Of a stretch of DNA of 64,000 nucleotides, positions 55,946-64,000 are shown in pieces (the stretch's first letter is position 1; every line of letters starts with the position of its first letter). The translations under genes and the position numbers were made by a program. Origin of the DNA: Hydrolagus affinis (Eukaryota); NCBI GenBank assembly GCA_012026655.1, contig JAAILG010000113.1, positions 1 through 64,000 on the forward strand. The letters are read 5' to 3'. The notes under the pieces are model-generated. The model made no database searches. It was not told where the DNA came from and was given only the letters and a program-made list of their open reading frames with translations.

Positions 55946-57994
55946 TTGGAAAAGAGAAGGGAGTTTAGACTAATTGGTCATTCACTTCATTGTTATTTGT
56001 GTAACATTGATTGTGTTAATAGCTGTTGCTTTTGCTTTTGTGTACAGAAATGATCACTTGATAGTAATTTTTTGTGAAATGATTGAAACATTTCTCATTG
56101 GTTAGCCAACAGTTTATCATATATAGAAACCCATCACCGTGTTTAGCAGTATCCAAACCAGATAGTGATTTGATTACAAGAATCACAAGATTAATTACAA
56201 GCAAACACTTCTGGGAGGCAAAGATTGAAGACTAGCACTTTTGGCATCTTGCTATTCAATGATGTGCTTCAGCTCCAGCGTGATCCGTACAACAAAACTG
56301 TTGATAACTCACTCAACTCTGCACTACAAGCTCTTGTTATGTTGTTGCTATGTGACAGGCTCTAGGCTGGAGTATGTAATATCTGGTGATGGACAAATCG
56401 TTTGTCTGACATCCTATCTTAGACAGGAACTGCCACAATATAATGTGCACTGTCCATTAGGTGGTCTTTCATCCACACTCTTTCTCCCGGCTCAAACCCT
56501 CGATGAGGTGGATGAAATCGAGTTGGACCAACCTGAAGTATCAGAAAGTTTCCGAGTACCAGATTTGGAAAACAAACTGCACTTATGTATCGCTCTGGTC
56601 TAGCGTACTTTCTTAAAGTGCAAATTTGGTTGGAACACAGTTGAGGTGTGAATCCCACTCATTGCATATGCCCCCAAGAGGCTTACATGCTTTCCACGCA
56701 ACAAGTGTTTTCACACTCAAAACAGCTTTCATAACATAAGGTCACCTCCCTATTGCACAACGCAGGAAGTGATGATGATGGTGAAATCATTCATTTTTTC
56801 ATGAGGGATCCAGCCTGAGCCTGGAGAGTAAGGTATTACTCATTTTAATGGACGTGTGCATGTGCAGAGAAACTGGCTATCCTGCCACAGGTGGGGATTT
56901 CAATAACCATACTATACTGCACTCCCTTCACTCTAGTGACTTCCACAAAGGAAACATATCCCAAACTGGTTAATAATAATCCTTGCATTTGATGCAACAT
57001 GTTATCACGTTGTCAAGATGCTCCAAAGTCCTTCACAGCAATTACTGTAAAGTGTTCTGAGAATGGAACACAAGTGTTCCCAGATTGTGTGTTTTATAGG
57101 TGAACTCAGCAGCCAATTTAGGCACAGCGGGAGAAACTCTATTTTCAAATAGTGCCATGGATTCTTTCTCTACTAAACAGGCAGAGGAGGCCTCAGTTTT
57201 AATATCTCACCTGATGAAAGACAATGCAGTACTACCCAGCAGGATGGCAGGAGTTGGAAGAATGATCGTACAGCCTCAACCTTTTATAAAATATCAAGAG
57301 ACTCATCATACAAAGGGCTGTAATTGCGCCGATCTGACCTGTTTATTTGACTGGAAAGAATGCAGTAAGACATTCCATGCAGTTCCCCCCTTATAACCCA
57401 GTCAGTTATAAGCTTAGAGAGAAGCACTTCATTGCTCCTCTATGTGGCTTAATCCAAACCTCGGAAACTTCTGTGATTGTACCTATCAGTGTGACATTAC
57501 GATTTCCCACAGCCCATCTATCTGTGCAGTTCCTCTGGGTGAGAATGTTAAATTAGTTCAGGCTTGTGCTGAAGCAGAGCAAATCTTTCCTTTGCCATCA
57601 TTTCCACCGGGAATAAGATGTGATGGTTTGACAGTATTTCATTGGATGGATTTTAACCCACATTTCAGCAACAAAGAGAAGGACATACCTTGCATTTTAG
57701 TCCCTACCATGGTTACTAATCAATTTAATAACTTTGCAAAACTTGGCATTGCTGTCCGAAACTTTGAACCATCTTGTTTGTTATTGTATTGAAACGTCAA
57801 TTATCTGCATCTCATTTATTCATCTTCCTGACTTTTACGACAATGGAACAATATTGGTTTAGATTTCAAAGGCCTTAATGCTATTTTGTCTCTACATTAA
57901 TCTACTATCTTCACATTTCAGCATTAAACTGTTTCTTAAAATATCTTGGATTGATTAGGTAAGCTCGGATTCTTCAAGGAGGTGGTGATTGGTT

Positions 57995-58510
57995 CACAAA
58001 GCTGAATGTGGGAAAGAACACAAGCTACAGGGTTCTGAATCATCTGCAGCTTGTGCACGGAAGAATTGGGCAGCCGGGTGAGCAGGGAGTTAGAATGGTC
58101 AAGCCTGGCTGTAATGAAAGCCTGGATGAGACATTCAGCAACCTGAGGGGAATGATAGTGGCAGAGTCAGATGATGTTGGGGAGTGGGGTAAGGCAAAAC
58201 AGGTAATTGGGGTAAAGGTGGGGTTTAAAATATAGTTGAAGGTCAAACAAGACACAGAGTTTTCTGTACTGACGAAATGAGGTGAAGAGTGCATCCATGA
58301 TTAGTGAAGCTGTCAGACCCTGAGTTGCAGAGGTGCTGACTGGAGCCGAGCAGGAGAGCCTCAGTCCTGTCGACAGTCAACAGTAGGAAATTGGCTCTCA
58401 TCCAGGACATGGTATCTGACAGACAATCCGTCAGAATAGCAATAGTCCTGGAGTTGCGTTGGAGGAAGATAGATAGAGTTGGGTGGCATCCATATGCTGT
58501 GGAAACTAAC
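57995..58510 (-). mobile_element. L2 LINE RT/post-RT relic
   Basis: Minus-strand peptide CLSDTMSWMRANFLLLTVDRTEALLLGS. Confidence 0.8.
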
Positions 58511-59222
58511 TCTATGCCTATGGATGACATCCTCGAGCAATAGCATGTAAATATTAAAAATGACCTTCTGAAACATCTCACAAGTAAACTTATAGAAGTT
58601 CAGAAGATACTAAATGCGACAGAAAAAAGAAGGGGAAACTTTGGCTGATCTTCCCCTGCTTAATCGAGGCTGAGACAAAGTGAGGCTCTAACTGTTGGTC
58701 TGGCTGAGATCTGCTAACTCAGCATAGTTTCCAACCTTGCCATCTGTATATCCTAATGGTACTCACTAGACTACTCAGAATTTTTAAAATATAAATGGCA
58801 ACGTAGCAGGATTATCAATGGCAGAGGCATAAGGAACATAGGAACCTGATAAGCTTGTTGCACTTGCTTATTAAATCATGGTATTCCAATCTCATTTCCT
58901 CACCTGTCCTCCATACCTTTAGTACTGTACCTTTATTTTCAAGTACCTATCTACATTTTCGGATATTCCAACTGATTCGGTCTGTACAGCCTTGTGGATA
59001 GTGCACCTATGGTGAAGGAAGACGTTTAGATCTGCATCATAGTAAATGTGGTGTATGCAATTGCCGCAACTTTAGTTATTCCCTATTGCTTGATCTTGTT
59101 CGTATCATGAGAAACATAGCAGTACTAAATCTACAGGAATAGACTAAAGACTTCATTACCATAAATGCTATAGAATCAAATCTTCACTTGATGAGCTCAG
59201 TGCTCCTAGAGCTTTGATCTCA

Positions 59223-59720
<498 letters not shown>

Positions 59721-62647
59721 AATTAACAATAGTCAAAACACAAGCCCTTTCCTCTTCTGCTGAAAAGAATATTTGAAACATCTCAAAACCGCTAGAGTGT
59801 GTGTGCTGGAATCATACTTGGGGGGTGGGGGACGGGGGAAGACTTTTGGCCATTAAGTGTATCAATGTGTGTAGAAGTAAGTACACCTCAAGTAAGTACA
59901 CCTCAAGTGTTGAAGTACACCTCAACACACAGCTAAGAACCACAGTTATGTTGGGGTTACAGCACTCGGATTGAAGCAATGTGAAGCCGGATTAATACTG
60001 CCTTCTCCATGTACTTTTCAAGAAAATAGCTGTTTTTTTGTAAAACAATAATGTTAAAACTGCCCCATTGAGAGTTCCTAGACTGCGCAACCTACGGGAA
60101 AGGAACAGATACAAATTTCACCCAACCTATTTACAGGGACAAATTATAAACCAGATTCTTGAGGTTGGTGGAACTTCAGCGTTTCCACACTGCCCATATA
60201 CACTGGCAACAAATCACTCAACCACTTTGAAGTGCTCTGAGACGCCGTCCGGTGTGGAGGGCGCTATATAAATCATTGTTGTTGTTGCTGGCAAGAGGAA
60301 TTTCAGATCTCTAATTTATTTTTGCTTTTAAAATTTGCAACATAATTACAATAAGCCTTACATTTTAATATAATGCCATATCATGTGATTGAGACGTCTC
60401 AATGCATTTCACAGGATATACAGTATCATGAATTTGTGTGACTGTGTGTTTTGTGAACAACAAGATTTGTGCAAAGCAGTCATGGAGCGAGAGACCAATT
60501 TTATTCGGGAGGATTGTTGGCCAGACATCCTGTGATAAACAAAATTTCAGCTGAGTAATAAAACTGGAAATTAATCATTGCCTCAGATGAGCTTGAAGAG
60601 GCAGAACCAAAAATTGGACGTTATTTATGATGGTATGACTATCTGCCATCTGTAGGGTGTTTTTAATGTATAAGGGTTTGTGTGCACGTGCGTGTGAAAG
60701 GGAGAATCTTGTGCTCATTAAAACAAGGGATATTTGTGCTATAAGAATGAACATTTTACCTGTTTCAGAAACAGTGTGCAAGCAACAAGCATGTCCAGGT
60801 AAAGTACAACACGCAGTGGAATTCAGAGACTTGTTCCACTCTTTTTTCACCTCCTCCAATCAGATTGATGAGTAGCATTTTGCTTTGGGAGCTGTGTTTA
60901 TTTTTGAAAGCTTCAAGATCACCATTGCCACCCCACAGGCCACTCTCATTAGTATCTGCATTACCCACATCAGCGGCAGAGCTGACGGCAAATGCACACT
61001 TTCCTGCTAATCAAACCTTCCAGCATAGGCAGAATAGGCTGCTTGAGAACAACTGCTTCAATGTAGAGGAGCCGTGGAGGAACATTATTAGATATAGCCA
61101 TTAACCTAGTTAGAGCTCCACAATCTCAGGATTTCAACAGTGAGGGTTAACCAGCATCTATTGGTTTCTACTCTTTTTCATAAATTTATTATTGGGATGA
61201 AATCTCAATCGAAATGTCAGATCTTCATACTGAACTTGTTAAGAAATGTCACAACATACAGTATATTGCTGATGAAAATCATTTCAACCTAAAAGAATCT
61301 AAATTCAACCAAACTGTTTGGCTGTTTGAACCCAACATCTCCTTCAGGATAGCAACAGATTAAATTGGAGGGAATTACCTTTGTTTGGTTGCCAGTTACC
61401 TCGTCCATTTCTCACGAAGGTGTTTGACTATTTTTTCCTTCTATAAAGGTACGTTTCCATGGCTACCAGTCAGTCATGCTCTGCTACCTGGTGCAAGTGG
61501 TCACTGCTCACATGTGAGCTCTTTGTTTTAGGGTCAGCCAGATGCCTGATTTGTGAAAATCCATCACCATATTTGAGAGTAACACAACCAGATAAGTATT
61601 TTAACTACACATGGAATTTTGCTGCCGGTGGAGTATTAACTCTTGCCCTCTCTCCTTGGTTAGAGATATCATGCTAACCTAGTCTTGGAGGGTATCAATA
61701 CTCACAATTGTCAAGAGCTAAGGCTTGGAGATCCCAGACTGTGCATTGAGGTGCTGCTTGGAGTTTAACCAGCTAAACCCATACAGTTTACCATTGAAAG
61801 AACTGCCAGGCAAACTTCACGATGCTTTTTGCAGTTGGAACACACGATCCATTAGAGTTTTGGCAAGCAGGGTTAACAGGGGCTGAGTGGGAAAAAATCC
61901 CTGCTCCCAGTTTGCTCCTCCAAATCCTGCCAGCAAGCCATCATGGCTGGTCATTAGCAGCTCCTTGAGGTATTGTTATCCCGCCTGGCAAATATTGAGA
62001 ATGCACAGAGGGTTGACTCAATCTTGCTATTCTGTTGCCAAGTGCTTCAGCCTGGCGGCTGCATAGCTCTGAGGTCTCCACTCAAATTGCCTCCTAGGAT
62101 GATATTCATATGGGACCCAGGACAGGCAATGTAACCACAAGGGGCATTACAATCAAATCTGATGGTTTTCTTACCCAATGTTCACACATAAGTACTATAA
62201 AACAGTCTAGTTGAAGTAATAAAGAAGATTTGTAGCCACAAATGCTGTCCTAGCTAACTCAACTAAGACCAAATGCAACCCTGCAACCTTCTAGGCTGTA
62301 CAGGCTCTGAAAAGTAATTAGCATCAATTAATTGAAAGAATATCATCCATCTTTCTTGGTATCCTGACCAACAATCTTCAAAATAATGTTGGTTATTCAC
62401 TTCATGCCGTTTTGCCCATAAATATACAGTCAATTAACTTTACAGTATATTCTGTGAAGCGCTTTGAGATGTCGATAAGATGTGAAAAGCGCTAAATCAA
62501 ATGCAAGGATTATTGTATGATTATTATTATTGTGAGACACTTGTGTTGTGTATAAATTGATGGTTGTGTTTGCCCACAAAACAAACAGTCACTGCACTTT
62601 ACAGTTTATCCCGGGAAGTGCTTTGAGACATCTTGGATGTCTCAAAG

Positions 62648-63164
62648 AATGTGAAGACATTGGAAAGGGTACAAAGAAGATTTACTAGGATGGTGCCAGG
62701 ATTGAGGGACTTCAGCTATGAGGAGAGGCTAGATAGGCTAGGGTTATTCTCTCTGGAACAGAGAAGATTGAGGGGAGGCCTAATAGAGATTTATAAGATC
62801 ATGAGGGGTTTCAACAGGGCAAATAAAGAACAACTATTTCCACTCGTGGGCGAATCTGTGACTCATGGTCACAGATTTAAAATAGTTTCAAAGCGAAGTA
62901 GAGAGGAGCTGAGGAGAAATTTTTTCACTCAGCGAGTTGTTCGAATCTGGAATGCATTGCCTGAAAAGGTGGTGGAGGCTGATTCGATAACAACTTTTAA
63001 AAGGGAATTAGATCTTTATTTAGGGAGAACAGGTCTATTAGGCTATGGGGAGCGGACAGGGCATGGGATTGAATCGCTCTTTTCAAAGAGCTGGCACAGA
63101 CTAGATGGGCCGAATGGCCTCCTTTTGTGCCGTAAAATTCTATGAATCTATGAATCTATGAATC
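62648..63164 (+). mobile_element. Young 5'-truncated CR1 LINE 3' end
   Basis: Stop-free ORF2 C-terminus LERVQRRFTRMVPGL...FFTQRVVRIWNALP, a 3' UTR and a (CTATGAAT)3 tail. Confidence 0.93.
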
Positions 63165-64000
63165 TTCCCAGTGCTCATAGAATGAAGGCACTGTAATTTA
63201 TGCTTTGAGAAGCCTGAGGAAGCCAAAGAAATGTAAATGACATTTGAAAGCAGAACAGTGGAGGGATTCATTAAAGCAAGTGCCAGGACCTCACAATATC
63301 GATGAGAAAGAATCCACATGATGAATCACATGGATAGTCCAGTATAAAATACCATGGCAGCTATCAGGGGATGGTTGCTGAATTCTGTGGCTGAGAAGCA
63401 ACCAATTTAAAGTAGTGAAAAACATTCAGGATAAAAATCTCTCTTTCACAAAACGAAAATGCTTTTCTCTTCATTCTCAACCAACAGTGTATTTTACATT
63501 GCTGATAATTCCCTAACATCCCAGTCAATTCAATCTCTATAGCCTAGACCTCTATATTCCACAATGCTCTGTCCATGATGGTATGATGGATAGGTTGAGG
63601 AGACCGTATCTTTCCTGGACTCCTGCTTGCAGCAAGAAGCAGCTGCCCTGTCCAAGAACTTTATAAAAACTTCATCATTAACATGCAGAAGTCATTGCCC
63701 AAAAATATATTTTTTAAGTGCCGCAGCCCATGATGACTTATGGTTAAACCCGAAATTAGTCCTAAAAGCTGCTAAATGTTCCAGCTCTCAATAAAATCAA
63801 TAACTAGCACTATATTTAGCATGTCTCTGCTTAATATGTAGGTGCCTCTACTTGTCATCATCACAAATTACCCTGGGGGTGATTAACACATCAACCAAAT
63901 CAATCTATAGGTTTAACACATAAAATGCCACAGATTGACAGAGTGAAGAACTTCCTCTCTCTACCTCTTCACTTCAATATATTGCAAGTTTGAGACACCC

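Noticed and set aside
56241-56658. Overlapping ORFs; the minus-strand RGFEPGERVWMKD loosely resembles a Gypsy integrase C-terminus
   Set aside because: The match is too short, with no other integrase motifs or LTRs recognised. A profile search is needed.
62633-63145. Longest ORF (170 aa) as a host gene
   Set aside because: It is the C-terminus of CR1 ORF2 from a truncated insertion.

Overview
Vertebrate genomic DNA, not prokaryotic. The repeat content (Deu-domain tRNA-SINEs, L2, CR1 and Tx1 LINE relics) suggests a cartilaginous fish, probably a chimaera such as Callorhinchus (inference). The window lies inside a DOCK2 gene on the + strand. Eleven consecutive GT-AG coding exons (5831-40986) join in frame and encode the end of the DHR-1/C2 domain and the following helical region; from memory they match human exons ~17-27. 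The >23 kb intron after the last exon contains a nested antisense gene, INSYN2B/FAM196B, of which the last two coding exons are visible (59356-59430 and 45086-45272, - strand). Introns are dense in SINEs, 5'-truncated LINEs and a few MITEs. The most unusual item is a 53-bp inverted copy flanking a symmetric 90-nt DOCK2 exon; its upstream copy carries a 6-bp target-site duplication, so it looks like a locally templated insertion. I found no convincing wholly new biological system. Most ORFs in the supplied track are spurious or come from repeats. Repeat boundaries are approximate.
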